The notes below the pieces were generated by a model. It made no database searches and was not told where the DNA came from. It saw only the letters and a list, made by a program, of their open reading frames with translations. Below, in pieces: positions 22,621 to 31,810 of a DNA stretch of 64,000 bases; the first letter of the stretch is position 1; each line of letters begins with the position of its first letter. The position numbers and the translations under genes are program-made. This stretch comes from Thermoanaerobaculia bacterium (GTDB lineage: Bacteria > Acidobacteriota > Thermoanaerobaculia > Multivoradales > UBA5704), in NCBI GenBank assembly GCA_035544895.1, contig DASZZM010000009.1:3797-67796 (forward strand). Reading direction: 5' to 3'.

Positions 22621-22656
22621 TTGACAGGTGTCGAGAAATAGGCTCTACTGACACCC
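22621..22656 (+). promoter_or_regulatory. Putative sigma70-type promoter (perfect TTGACA -35) overlapping a GTGTC-N17-GACAC palindrome just upstream of vapB
   Basis: ttgacaggtgtcgagaaataggctctactgacaccc ATG. This is a typical autoregulated toxin-antitoxin operator layout. Confidence 0.35.
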
Positions 22657-22866
22657 ATGACGAAGACCCAGGTATACCTGCGCGAGGAGGAGCTGGCGGC
22701 TCTCCACGCCGTTGCGGAAAGATCTGGCAGAAGCGTGGCCGAGCTGGTGCGCGAGGCGATCAGGACGGTCTGGTTGCGGCCGGAGAGCAAGGGGCCGGTC
22801 GCCTTGTGGGATGGCCAACCTCGCCGCGCCGCCAGTGAGCACGACTCGATCTACGACGAGCCGTGA
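22657..22866 (+). CDS. vapB: Ribbon-helix-helix antitoxin (VapB/CopG-like)
   Basis: MTKTQVYLREEELAALHAVAERSGRSVAELVREAIRTVWL. Its stop overlaps the vapC start. Confidence 0.65.
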   Translation: MTKTQVYLREEELAALHAVAERSGRSVAELVREAIRTVWLRPESKGPVALWDGQPRRAASEHDSIYDEP

Positions 22867-23282
22867 TGCGCTCATCCGAACCGGTCTTCGTCGATACCGG
22901 AGCCTGGATCGCCCTGGCCCTCGCGCGCGATCCGCTGCACACGCAGGCGCGAGAGATCTGGGAGACGTTGCAAGGTGTAGGGGCTCGCCTGCGGACTTCG
23001 GTGCCCGTCGTCCTCGAAACTTTCACGTTTCTCGACCGCAACATCGCTCGCGACGTGGCCCTTGGCTGGAAGGACTCGCTCTCCGAGGTCGCCGGCCTGC
23101 GAATCCTCACGGTGAGGCCGGAGGATCTGGAGGAGGCGTGGCCGTACTTCCGGCGCCGGAACCTGCACAAGCTCTCGGCCGTGGACGCCACGAGCTTCGT
23201 CCTGATGACGCGCGCCAAGATTCGCACCGCTTTCGCGTTCGATCATCACTTCGCGGCCGCCGGGTTCCGCCTGGCAGGCTGA
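22863..23282 (+). CDS. vapC: PIN-domain toxin (VapC family), third copy
   Basis: MMRSSEPVFVDTGAWIALALARDPLHTQA...VVLETFTFLD...AVDATSFVLM is a PIN domain with its acidic residues. Confidence 0.75.
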   Translation: MMRSSEPVFVDTGAWIALALARDPLHTQAREIWETLQGVGARLRTSVPVVLETFTFLDRNIARDVALGWKDSLSEVAGLRILTVRPEDLEEAWPYFRRRNLHKLSAVDATSFVLMTRAKIRTAFAFDHHFAAAGFRLAG

Positions 23283-23323
23283 CAGACGGCGGTGCGCGCG
23301 GGTTAGAGTTGCCGCGCTCGGTA

Positions 23324-24517
23324 ATGCCAGGCTCGCGCCAGGAGACCTCAGTAGAGCGAGCCGCCGCCCGGGGGGCCGGCCGGAAAGCCGAGCTTTTCTT
23401 CCGGCGCCCGACCCCGGGCACGCTTGTGGTGACGCTTGCCGGCGCCTGGCAGCTCGGCGATCGATCCCCAGGCGGCGGGCCAGCTGCCGCGGCGGTCGAG
23501 GCCGAGCTCGAGGGCGGCGGGGAGCGGGTGCTCGCTCTCGACGGCAGCGAGCTCACAGCCTGGGACAGCTCGCTGCTTCTCTTCGTCGTGGAGGTGAGGG
23601 AGCTGGGCGCGCGGCGCCAGGTCGAGGTCGACCTCGGCGGGCTGCCCGCCGGAGTGCGCCGGCTGCTTGCCCTGGCCGAGGCGGTGCCCGAAGCAACCGA
23701 TGCCCGCGCCGCGCCGCCGCGCGCCCCCTGGCTGGAGAGGGTCGGCTTCGCCACCCTCGCCGTCGCCCGAGACGCCGGCGGACTGCTCGGATTCCTCGGC
23801 GAGACCGCGCTCGCCTGTGGGCGGCTGCTGCGCGGCAAGGCGCGCTACCGCCGGAGCGACCTCGCCCTGTTCATCCAGCAGGCCGGGGTCGAGGCGCTGC
23901 CCATCGTCGGCCTGATCAGCTTCCTGGTCGGACTCATCCTGGCTTTCGTCGGCGCCGTGCAGCTCGAGCGTTTCGGCGCCGCCATCTACGTCGCCGACCT
24001 GGTGGGTATTGCCATGGTGCGGGAGATGGGGGCGATGATGACCGGTATCGTCATGGCGGGACGCACCGGCGCCTCCTTCGCCGCCCAGCTCGGCACCATG
24101 AAGGTCACCCAGGAGATCGACGCCCTCACCACTCTGGGCATCTCGCCGATCGAGTTCCTGGTCCTCCCCCGGCTCGCCGCGCTCTGCCTGATGATGCCTC
24201 TGCTGTGCCTCTACTCGGACCTGCTGGGCGTCGCTGGAGGAGCCGTGGTGGGGACCGGCCTGCTGCACCTGTCGCTCGGCACTTACCTGCGCGAGACCGC
24301 CAGCGCCGTCAGCCTGGGGAACCTGTGGGGCGGCGTGCTCAAGGCTTTCGTCTATGGCATCCTGGTGGCGCTCGCGGGTTGCCGGCGCGGGCTCTCGGCC
24401 GGGACGAGCTCGGCGGCGGTGGGGCAGGCCGTCACCTCCGCCGTCGTCACCGGGATCGTCGCGATCATCACGGCCTGCGGGGTGTTCGCGGTGCTGTTTT
24501 ATGTGCTCGGGATCTGA
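23324..24517 (+). CDS. MlaE-family ABC permease with an N-terminal STAS (MlaB-like) domain fusion
   Basis: N-terminal segment LVVTLAGAWQLGDRSP...LDGSELTAWDSSLLLFVV is STAS-like. C-terminal segment GVEALPIVGLISFLVGLILAFVGAVQLERFGAAIYVADLVGIAMVREMGAMMTGIVMAGRTGASFAAQLGTMKVTQEIDAL is the MlaE/YrbE permease signature. The ORF-track start at 22712 is rejected. Confidence 0.75.
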   Translation: MPGSRQETSVERAAARGAGRKAELFFRRPTPGTLVVTLAGAWQLGDRSPGGGPAAAAVEAELEGGGERVLALDGSELTAWDSSLLLFVVEVRELGARRQVEVDLGGLPAGVRRLLALAEAVPEATDARAAPPRAPWLERVGFATLAVARDAGGLLGFLGETALACGRLLRGKARYRRSDLALFIQQAGVEALPIVGLISFLVGLILAFVGAVQLERFGAAIYVADLVGIAMVREMGAMMTGIVMAGRTGASFAAQLGTMKVTQEIDALTTLGISPIEFLVLPRLAALCLMMPLLCLYSDLLGVAGGAVVGTGLLHLSLGTYLRETASAVSLGNLWGGVLKAFVYGILVALAGCRRGLSAGTSSAAVGQAVTSAVVTGIVAIITACGVFAVLFYVLGI

Positions 24518-24532
24518 TCGAGGGTGACGACC

Positions 24533-25357
24533 ATGAGCTCGGCACGGCCGCAGGGGCCCGATTCCAGCCAGCCGCGGGAGGCGCACCTGACAGTCCGCGG
24601 CCTGACCATGTCCTATGGCAGCTTCGTGCTCATGCGCGGTATCGACTTTACGGTGCGGCGGGGCGACGTCTTCATCGTCATGGGGGGCAGCGGCAGCGGC
24701 AAGAGCACTCTGCTGCGCTACTTGCTCGGCCTCGAAGAGCCTGCTCCCGGCCAAGGCGAGGTCTTCTTCGGGGCCGAGAGCTTCACCCGCGCCGGCCCCG
24801 CGCGCCGCCAAGAAGTGCTGCGCGGGGTCGGCGTCCTCTACCAGGGTGGAGCGCTGTGGAGCGCGATGACGCTCGCCGAGAACGTGGCGCTGCCGCTCGA
24901 GCAGTACACCGACCTGTCCCCCGCCGCCATCGGCGAGCTTGCCTCGCTCAAGCTCTCGCTCGTCGGCCTGCGCGGCTTCGAGGACTTCTACCCTTCGCAG
25001 CTCAGCGGCGGCATGCAGAAGCGGGCGGCTCTCGCCCGCGCCATCGCCCTCGATCCGGAGATGCTGTTCTTCGACGAGCCCTCGGCCGGGCTCGATCCGC
25101 TCAGCTCGCGCCGCCTCGACGACCTCATCCTCGAGATGCGGGACAACCTTGGCTCGACCGTCGTGGTGGTCACCCACGAGCTGGCGAGCATCTTCGCCAT
25201 CGGCAGCAATGCTATCTTCCTCGATACGGAAAGCCGCTCCGTCATCGCTTCCGGCCCCCCCGCGGAGCTGCGCGAGCACGGGCCGGAAAGAGTCCGTCGC
25301 TTCCTCAACCGCGAGCGCGAAACCGCGGTGACCAGAGCCAGCGGCGCCCACCGATGA
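24533..25357 (+). CDS. MlaF-like ABC transporter ATP-binding protein
   Basis: Walker A GGSGSGKST, ABC signature LSGGMQKRAALARA, and Walker B LFFDEP. GTG 24524 is an alternative start. Confidence 0.85.
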   Translation: MSSARPQGPDSSQPREAHLTVRGLTMSYGSFVLMRGIDFTVRRGDVFIVMGGSGSGKSTLLRYLLGLEEPAPGQGEVFFGAESFTRAGPARRQEVLRGVGVLYQGGALWSAMTLAENVALPLEQYTDLSPAAIGELASLKLSLVGLRGFEDFYPSQLSGGMQKRAALARAIALDPEMLFFDEPSAGLDPLSSRRLDDLILEMRDNLGSTVVVVTHELASIFAIGSNAIFLDTESRSVIASGPPAELREHGPERVRRFLNRERETAVTRASGAHR

Positions 25358-26355
25358 AGAACAGGGCCAACCCCAAGCTCGTGGGCGCGTTCGTCGTCGG
25401 GGCCGTGGCGCTGGCGGTCGTCGGCGTCGGGGTGCTCGGCTCGGGCCGGCTGTTCCGCCAGGCGGTTCCTTTTGTGCTCTACTTCCCCGGCGGCGTCCAG
25501 GGGTTGAGGGTCGGGGCGCCGGTCAAATTCAAGGGGGTCGAGGTCGGCTCGGTCACCAACATCCTGCTCAACCTCGACCAGCCCGTATCGGGCGCCGCCC
25601 AGATCCCCGTCTTCATCGAGATCGACATGAAGAAGGTCCTGCGCAAGGGCGGGCCTCCCGATCTCGAGGATCCCGCCGTCTACCGCAAGTTCGTGGAGTG
25701 GGGGCTGCGCGCCCAGCTCGAAAGCGAGAGCCTGCTGACCGGCCAGCTGTTCGTGCAGCTCGACTTCCACCCCGAGATTCCGACGCGCTTCGTGCAGCCG
25801 CCGGACTACAGGTACCGGGAGCTGCCGACCGTTCCCAATCCCCTGGAGCGCGCGGGCCTGGCGGTCGAGGAGCTGCTCGCGGAGCTCAGGCGCGCCAACA
25901 TCTCGGGCCTGGCGCGCTCCGCCACCCAGGCGCTCGACGGCATCCACCGCTTCGTCGACTCGGCCGAGCTGCAGGCCGACGTCGTCGCCGTGGCCGCCAC
26001 CCTGCGCGGCGCGGACCGCGCCGTCGCCGACCTGCGCCGGGTGGCGAGCCACCTCGACCAGCAGGCGGCGCCGCTCCTGGCCAGCCTCGCCAGCACCTCC
26101 GAGCAGACCCGCCAGGCGGTCGCGCGCGCCGATTCCGCCATCGTTCGCGCCGATGCCGCGCTCGGACAGCTCCAGGCCACCCTCGCCGACGCGCGCTCCC
26201 AGGTCGAGCCCGGCTCGCCGGTGTCGAACAAGCTCTTGCGTACCCTCGATGAGACCGCCGCCGCGGCGCGCTCGGTGCGCGAGCTCGCCGACTACCTGCA
26301 GCGCAATCCGACCGCCCTGCTGCTCGGCCGGCCGGCGGCCGGGGAGCCGCGTTGA
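25354..26355 (+). CDS. MlaD/MCE-family substrate-binding protein
   Basis: N-terminal transmembrane helix followed by FPGGVQGLRVGAPVKFKGVEVGSVTNI (MCE domain) and a C-terminal coiled-coil region. ATGA coupling with mlaF. Confidence 0.75.
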   Translation: MKNRANPKLVGAFVVGAVALAVVGVGVLGSGRLFRQAVPFVLYFPGGVQGLRVGAPVKFKGVEVGSVTNILLNLDQPVSGAAQIPVFIEIDMKKVLRKGGPPDLEDPAVYRKFVEWGLRAQLESESLLTGQLFVQLDFHPEIPTRFVQPPDYRYRELPTVPNPLERAGLAVEELLAELRRANISGLARSATQALDGIHRFVDSAELQADVVAVAATLRGADRAVADLRRVASHLDQQAAPLLASLASTSEQTRQAVARADSAIVRADAALGQLQATLADARSQVEPGSPVSNKLLRTLDETAAAARSVRELADYLQRNPTALLLGRPAAGEPR

Positions 26356-27119
26356 CCTCCGGGATCCAGGTCGGCGGGGCGGTTGCCCTCGGACTGGCCC
26401 TGGCCGGTTGCTCGGCGCTCACGCCGCGGCCCGACCCGTCCCGCTTCTTCTACCTCGTGCCGCTCGGCGCCGAGGAAATCGCGCCGAGCGGGACCGGCGC
26501 CGAGGCAATCGCGCCGAGCGGGACCGGCGCCGAGGCAATCGCGCCGAGCGGCCCTGGCGCCGAGGCAATCGCAGGCAGCTCCGATGCGGCGGCCGCCGGC
26601 GGGGCGCAGCTCGCGGTCGGACTGGCGGAGATGGGCTTTCCCGCGTATCTCGACCGGCCCGAGTTGGTGACCCGGATCGCCGCCAACGAGCTTCGCCTGT
26701 CGTCCACCGACCGCTGGGCCGAGCCGCTGAAGGCGAGTTTCGAGCGGGTGCTGGCGGCGGACCTCGCGGCCCGGCTGGGGATCCGCGCGGTGGTGCGCTC
26801 GCCGTGGTACGGCACCACGCGGCTGGACTGCGTGCTGGTCATCGAAGTCGATCGCTTCGAGCCCGAGGTCGCACAGGGGGCACGGGGGGCACAGGGGCGC
26901 GCCTGGCTAGCTGCGCGCTGGACCATCAAGGACGGCGCCGGCAAGAAGACCCTGCGCAGCGGCAAATCGCTTCTCGACCGTCCACTCGCCGGCGGCGCAA
27001 CCCCTGGCAGAGCCGGCCCGGGGCAGGCGTCCGCCGCGGCGCTCAGCCAGGTCCTGGGCGACTTCAGCCGCGACCTCGCCCTCGCCGTGCGGCAGACCGT
27101 CCGCCCACCGGCGGGGTAG
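26352..27119 (+). CDS. ABC-transport auxiliary lipoprotein (YmbA/PqiC-like), containing EAIAPSGTGA tandem repeats
   Basis: Lipobox LALAGCSAL. TTG start coupled (TTGA) to the MCE gene. This is the fourth gene of the Mla/MCE operon. Confidence 0.55.
   Translation: MTSGIQVGGAVALGLALAGCSALTPRPDPSRFFYLVPLGAEEIAPSGTGAEAIAPSGTGAEAIAPSGPGAEAIAGSSDAAAAGGAQLAVGLAEMGFPAYLDRPELVTRIAANELRLSSTDRWAEPLKASFERVLAADLAARLGIRAVVRSPWYGTTRLDCVLVIEVDRFEPEVAQGARGAQGRAWLAARWTIKDGAGKKTLRSGKSLLDRPLAGGATPGRAGPGQASAAALSQVLGDFSRDLALAVRQTVRPPAG
26472..26575 (+). repeat. About 3.5 tandem copies of a 30-bp unit (gaggcaatcgcgccgagcgggaccggcgcc) encoding EAIAPSGTGA repeats inside the lipoprotein gene
   Basis: Direct repeats are visible in the sequence. 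The third copy has point changes (ggccctggc). Confidence 0.8.
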
Positions 27120-27170
27120 GGCAGCGCTTCTCCTTCAGGCTCCGACGAGCCAATATGGCAAGATGCTCCA

Positions 27171-27401
27171 ATGGCCTTCAGGAAGATGACCTTCACTCTT
27201 CCTGAGGAGCTCGCGAGGCGCTTCGTCAAGCGAGTGCCGGCCCGCGAGCGCTCGCGCTTCCTGGCCGAGGCGTTGGCCGAGAGGCTGGGCGAACGCGAAC
27301 GCCGGCTCATCCGTGCCTGTGAGATTGCCAATGGGGACCCGGAGATCTGGGCCATCGAAGCGGAGTTCGCTTCCTTGCCCGACGAGGTGACGGAGCCCTG
27401 A
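27171..27401 (+). CDS. Ribbon-helix-helix (CopG/antitoxin-like) small DNA-binding protein, with no obvious partner toxin
   Basis: MTFTLPEELARRFVKRVPARERSRFLAEALAERL is an RHH fold pattern. ATG 27186 is the likely true start. Confidence 0.45.
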   Translation: MAFRKMTFTLPEELARRFVKRVPARERSRFLAEALAERLGERERRLIRACEIANGDPEIWAIEAEFASLPDEVTEP

Positions 27402-27555
27402 GGCAGCCTGGTCTGCCACGGGACGCCGCCTGGTGGTCTGAGGTTCGTTCGTCGTCGCCGGGTGACGGCGGCCGAGCACCATCGTCATAGAGCAAGAAGC
27501 CTTTTCATTGGGATCGAAGCCGTGCGCCGACGGCGCTCGGCAGGAGGAGCAGGCC

Positions 27556-27855
27556 ATGCGTTCGTTTGCCAGCCTCAGCGAGGAGATCCTCGCCCTGGCG
27601 ATCTCGCAGGAGGAGGAGGACGCCAGGATCTATGACAGCTTCGCCATGGGGCTGCGGCAGGACCACCCCGAGGCGGCCCGGCAGTTCGAGGCCATGCGCG
27701 AGGAGGAGGACGGCCACCGCCACCGGTTGATCGAGCTCTACCGCCAGCGCTTCGGCGAGCACATCCCGCTGATCCGCCGCGACGACGTCAAACGCTTCGT
27801 CCGCCGCAAGCCGATCTTCGTCTTCCCGACCGGGATCCTGATCGGGAGCTCGTAG
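27556..27855 (+). CDS. Small rubrerythrin/ferritin-like diiron-motif protein
   Basis: Two E-x-x-H motifs (EEEDARIY...; EEEDGHRHRL) about 35 aa apart. GGAGGAG RBS before ATG 27556. Confidence 0.4.
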   Translation: MRSFASLSEEILALAISQEEEDARIYDSFAMGLRQDHPEAARQFEAMREEEDGHRHRLIELYRQRFGEHIPLIRRDDVKRFVRRKPIFVFPTGILIGSS

Positions 27856-27880
27856 GGGCCACGGACCGTGCGTCCTCTCC

Positions 27881-28252
27881 TTACAGCCCCAGCGCCTGAA
27901 CCTGCCGCACTTGCTCCTGAAGGAAGGCCAGATCGGCCGCCTGCCGGTCTTTTTTCGGCGGCGGTGGCGGAGTATGTATGTTGCACGCCGTGCAATCTGT
28001 GACGTTGCCACAGGTGACGTTGCAATTCGTCCGGGCGGTGCAGGCCACATTGGGGTTGGTTACCTGTACTGTGCACACAGCGCAGTTCGCGCCCGTATCT
28101 GCCCCACAGGTATTGGGTTTGCAGTCCACGGGGTCATAGTCCCCCTGGCCCTCGCCTTCGGCAAGCCAAGGTGGCGCCCCGTCCGGCTCGTCGCCGCGGA
28201 GGTAGGCTTCCGGAAAAACGCTGCTCGTCAGCTCCTTGTACTTGAAGATCAC
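27881..28252 (-). CDS. Kinase-associated small Cys/Thr-rich protein A (conserved termini, hypervariable core); family of four in this window
   Basis: GTG start preceded by GGGAGGTGA. N-terminus MIFKYKELTSSV...PWLAEG, core with 10 Cys (CxxC pairs), C-terminus DLAFLQEQVRQVQALGL. It lies 237 nt downstream of kinase A on the same strand. Confidence 0.6.
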   Translation of the reverse strand: MIFKYKELTSSVFPEAYLRGDEPDGAPPWLAEGEGQGDYDPVDCKPNTCGADTGANCAVCTVQVTNPNVACTARTNCNVTCGNVTDCTACNIHTPPPPPKKDRQAADLAFLQEQVRQVQALGL

Positions 28253-28488
28253 GGTTCACCTCCCTGGGGTATGCCCCGGTAGCACAGCCCCGCCCCTCAA
28301 CGCCATGCGGCGCTGGGCCCTACGGCCCGGCTCAGGCTGCGAGGCTCTGGGAGCAAGTTCTCGACCATTGCCTTGGATATGCCATATTCTGGAAACTATA
28401 GCAAACCATTAAAGCAACTAGCAAGGAAGATCGTGACGGCAAGTGAGACCCATGGGCCGGCCTTGCCCGCGCACGGGTGTGCCGCGCG

Positions 28489-31400
28489 TCAGGCCAGCAT
28501 CAACATCCAGATGTGCCCTTCCTCGTTCTCGCGCACCAGGTAGAAGGAGCGGTCGCCTGGACCGATGCACACCCACTTGAACGCCGAGTTCGCCGGCGGC
28601 TCCAGCACCAGCCGGACCACCCCGCTGCGGCTGTCGATCAGGAAGAGCCTGCCTTCGGCCAGGTAGACGAGCCGGCTGCCATCGCGCAGCCACTCGGGCA
28701 GGTCGCCCTTGGCGAGCCGGGAGGTGCGGCCCGATGAGAACGAATAGATGACGACATCTGGGCCCACGGTGCCGGCCAGCGAGCGCCCGTCGGCAGACCA
28801 GGAGGTGGCGGTGAAGCGATCCTTCCCACCGCCCGCGACCGGCAGCTCGTCGGGGGTACGCTCGCCCGGCGGCTTGCCCAGGTCGACCAGGGCCGTGCCC
28901 ACGTCATCGCCATGCAGCTTGAGAAGGCAGGAGAGCCTCCGGCCGTCCGGCGACCAGAGCGGAAAGTAGGTGGGGCCCGGCCCGTCGCTGCGGGTGATCT
29001 GCTCGAGCCCGCTGCCGTCCGGACGGATGGTCCACAGCTCGTAGCGCCCGCTGCGGTTCGAGTAGAAGGCGAGGCGGGAGCCGTCGGGGGACCAGACCGG
29101 CTGGCGGTCCTTGTAGCGGTCGTTGGTGAGCTGCCGGAGGTCACTGCCGTCTTGGCGGACGACGAACAGGTCTTCCTGCGGATGGGTCGAATGGAAGGCG
29201 ACCCAGCTGCCGTCCGGCGACACGTCGCAAGAGCGCACGAAACGCGAGCCCTCGGTGATCGCCTGCGACCGCCCGACCACCTGGCCTGCAGCGGGATCGA
29301 AGGCGACCTTCTCGAGGTTCGATTTGCCGTCGCGGGTGGCATAGACGATCCGCCGACCGTCGCGCGAGATGCTGAGCAGACCGCTCCACTGCGCAGGAGT
29401 TGACAGCGGCTCGGGCTCTCCCAGGCTTCGGCCCGTGGCCTCGTCGATGCCCAGGCGCCACAGGTTCATCGCGCCGCTGCGGTCGCTGGCGAAGTAGAGG
29501 TACTTGCCGTCAGGAGCCCAGGCCGGGCTCCAGTTGAGGTACTGGTCGTCGACGAGGGCGACCGTTTCGGCGCGGTCTGCCGAAAGCGCCGGGCCTCTGT
29601 CCGGCGCCGGTGGGGACGGCAGATCCCTGCCCAGCAGGTGATCGGCAGACGTCCCCGACCTCGGGGGACCGGTGCGGTCGGTCTGAATTGTCGAGATGAC
29701 TCGGCGCGCGCTGCCCCTGGCGACTCCCCAGTAAGCGATCCGCCAGCCGTGCGGCGACCAGGCCGGCTGCACCGCGTCGTCGGTGGCGAGCTGGCGTCTG
29801 GCGCCGGTCGCGACGGTGACCCGCCAGATCCTGCTCTCCGAGGATCTGATTGCCGGGTTGTTGACGCCCTCGCTGGCGCACAGCACCTCCGTGCCGTCGG
29901 GGGACCAGGCCGGGTTGTAGCCGAAGTCGGTAAGCCGGCGCACCGACTCCCCGGTGGCGCCCATGACGAAGATGCCTCCGCCGTCGCGCTCTGAGCGGAA
30001 CGCGATCTGCTGACCGTCGGGGGAGAAGGCGGGGTGAGTGTCCGATGCCGGTGAGTCGCGGCTGAGGTCGATCTGATTTCCCCCGCCCGCGCGCTGCAGG
30101 TAGATGTGGCTCCTGCCGCCTGAGGCTTTGGTATAGAGGAAGAAGTTGCCGTCCGGCGAGATGGTGGGGAACGACTCGCTCCCGGCGAAGTCGGTCAGCT
30201 GGGTGAAGGTCGCCCGGACCGGCTTCACGGTGCCGCCCGGCGGGGTGGACTTGACCGGACCGGAGCGCAGAAGCAGGTAGACGGCGACGGCGACCGCCAC
30301 CGCAAAGCCGGCGGCGGCAAGGCGTCGAGGGAGCTTCCCGGTCACGATGGCCGGAGGAGCGCCGGTTCCGGCCTCGCCCTCCGGCCGGGTGCCGGAAGAA
30401 GGCAACGCCGGCCCTCCGGCGGCTTCCGAAGCCCGGCCCGCGGAACCCTTCGAAGCCCGGCTCCTGACACCTTCGTCTCCACGCCCCGTCTCGGCTTCCA
30501 GCTCGCCTGGCCCAGCCCCGGCCTCCGCCGCCCCGACTTCGGCCGCGCCAGGACGGCCCGGCATCGCCCCGCCCGGAAAGGTGGGACGGTCGCTCAGGGT
30601 CTCCTCGCCCGTGCTCGCGAAGGCGCCGCCGCCCCCTGTCCGTCCGATCCCGGGCAGCGCCGCGATCTCGCCGAAGGCCGCCGCCACGTCGCGGGCGGTC
30701 TGTGGCCGCCGGCGGGGGTCTTTCTCGAGCAGCCGGTCGACCAGGGCGCCGAGCTGGCGCGGCAGGCCGGGACGGATCGTCGCGAGGGGCGGCGGGTGAT
30801 GGGTGAGGATGCGGCGCAGCGACTCGACGTGGCTGCCGCCGCGAAAGGGCGACTGGCCGGTGAGGAGCTCGTAGAGCAGCACGCCGAGCGAGAAGAGGTC
30901 CGAGCGGGCGTCGGCCTCGCCGCCGCGGACCTGCTCGGGCGAGATGGTGTGGAAGGTGCCCAGGACGATGCCTTCGGCGGTCAGCGACTGCTCGGCGCTC
31001 TGGCTGTCCTGCTGCCAGACCGACTTGACGAGGCCGAAGTCGAGGATCTTGACCGCTCCCGAGGCGGTGACCATGACGTTTTCGCTCTTCAGGTCGCGGT
31101 GCACGAAGCCGGCGGCGTGCGCCGCCGCCAGGCCGAGGGCGATCTCGCGGGCGAAGCGCACGGCGACGGCTGGATCGAGCGGCCCGCGCGCGGCCACTTC
31201 GGCGAGGCTTTCGCCCTCGACGTATTCCATGACCAGGGCGTCGCTGGCGCCGCCGCCACCGGAGTCGCCGGCGGTCACGAGAGCGAAGATCTGCACGATG
31301 GCGGGGTGGTTGAGCCGCGCCGCGGCCCGCGCTTCGCGGCGGAAGCGCTGGCGCTGGACTTCCGAGAGCGGCCCGTCGTGGCGGATGCGCTTGATGGCGA

Positions 31401-31698
31401 CGAGCCTGCCGAGGCGGTCGTCGAAGGCCAGGTACACCTCTCCCATGCCGCCGCGCCCGAGCCCCCGCTCCACGCGATAGGCGCCGATTCGGTCGCCGGG
31501 CCGCAGGGCAGAAGGGGAGGGACGGGAGGCCGGGTGCAGGGGGGAGCCGGCCTGGTCGAGAGGGGCGTCCTCGGCAGAACCTTCGGCCGACCGGGCTAGA
31601 GGGTGAGGTCTCTCGGCCGGGGTCTGCTCGCCGGCCGCCTCTGGCGAGCGCGCGGATGAATCGCCCTGGTTGACAGAAGGTTTCGGCCCCGGATGCAT
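28489..31698 (-). CDS. Transmembrane Ser/Thr protein kinase with a periplasmic TolB-like (PD40/WD40-like) beta-propeller, cassette A
   Basis: Kinase motifs GRGGMGEVYLAFD, VAIKRI, HRDLKSENVMV, ILDFGL and SDLFSLGVLLYELLTG. A Gly/Ala/Pro-rich linker is followed by the TM helix LAAAGFAVAVAVAVYLLL and then many FSPDG/WSPDG PD40 repeats. Confidence 0.85.
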   Translation of the reverse strand: MHPGPKPSVNQGDSSARSPEAAGEQTPAERPHPLARSAEGSAEDAPLDQAGSPLHPASRPSPSALRPGDRIGAYRVERGLGRGGMGEVYLAFDDRLGRLVAIKRIRHDGPLSEVQRQRFRREARAAARLNHPAIVQIFALVTAGDSGGGGASDALVMEYVEGESLAEVAARGPLDPAVAVRFAREIALGLAAAHAAGFVHRDLKSENVMVTASGAVKILDFGLVKSVWQQDSQSAEQSLTAEGIVLGTFHTISPEQVRGGEADARSDLFSLGVLLYELLTGQSPFRGGSHVESLRRILTHHPPPLATIRPGLPRQLGALVDRLLEKDPRRRPQTARDVAAAFGEIAALPGIGRTGGGGAFASTGEETLSDRPTFPGGAMPGRPGAAEVGAAEAGAGPGELEAETGRGDEGVRSRASKGSAGRASEAAGGPALPSSGTRPEGEAGTGAPPAIVTGKLPRRLAAAGFAVAVAVAVYLLLRSGPVKSTPPGGTVKPVRATFTQLTDFAGSESFPTISPDGNFFLYTKASGGRSHIYLQRAGGGNQIDLSRDSPASDTHPAFSPDGQQIAFRSERDGGGIFVMGATGESVRRLTDFGYNPAWSPDGTEVLCASEGVNNPAIRSSESRIWRVTVATGARRQLATDDAVQPAWSPHGWRIAYWGVARGSARRVISTIQTDRTGPPRSGTSADHLLGRDLPSPPAPDRGPALSADRAETVALVDDQYLNWSPAWAPDGKYLYFASDRSGAMNLWRLGIDEATGRSLGEPEPLSTPAQWSGLLSISRDGRRIVYATRDGKSNLEKVAFDPAAGQVVGRSQAITEGSRFVRSCDVSPDGSWVAFHSTHPQEDLFVVRQDGSDLRQLTNDRYKDRQPVWSPDGSRLAFYSNRSGRYELWTIRPDGSGLEQITRSDGPGPTYFPLWSPDGRRLSCLLKLHGDDVGTALVDLGKPPGERTPDELPVAGGGKDRFTATSWSADGRSLAGTVGPDVVIYSFSSGRTSRLAKGDLPEWLRDGSRLVYLAEGRLFLIDSRSGVVRLVLEPPANSAFKWVCIGPGDRSFYLVRENEEGHIWMLMLA

Positions 31699-31810
31699 CT
31701 TCGCGCTCCAGGCCTTGGCGGCGCGACGATTGGTGAGCAGGCCTCGACCTTGAGCTAGAGAAGGATAGCAGAAGAAACGAAAGGCTTGTGGTCGGGCCGC
31801 ACGAAAAGGC

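Noticed and set aside
27911-28282. Plus-strand 123-aa ORF opposite small-protein gene A
   Set aside because: Not conserved at the equivalent position of the other three cassettes. The minus-strand frame is conserved in all four and has strong SD sequences.
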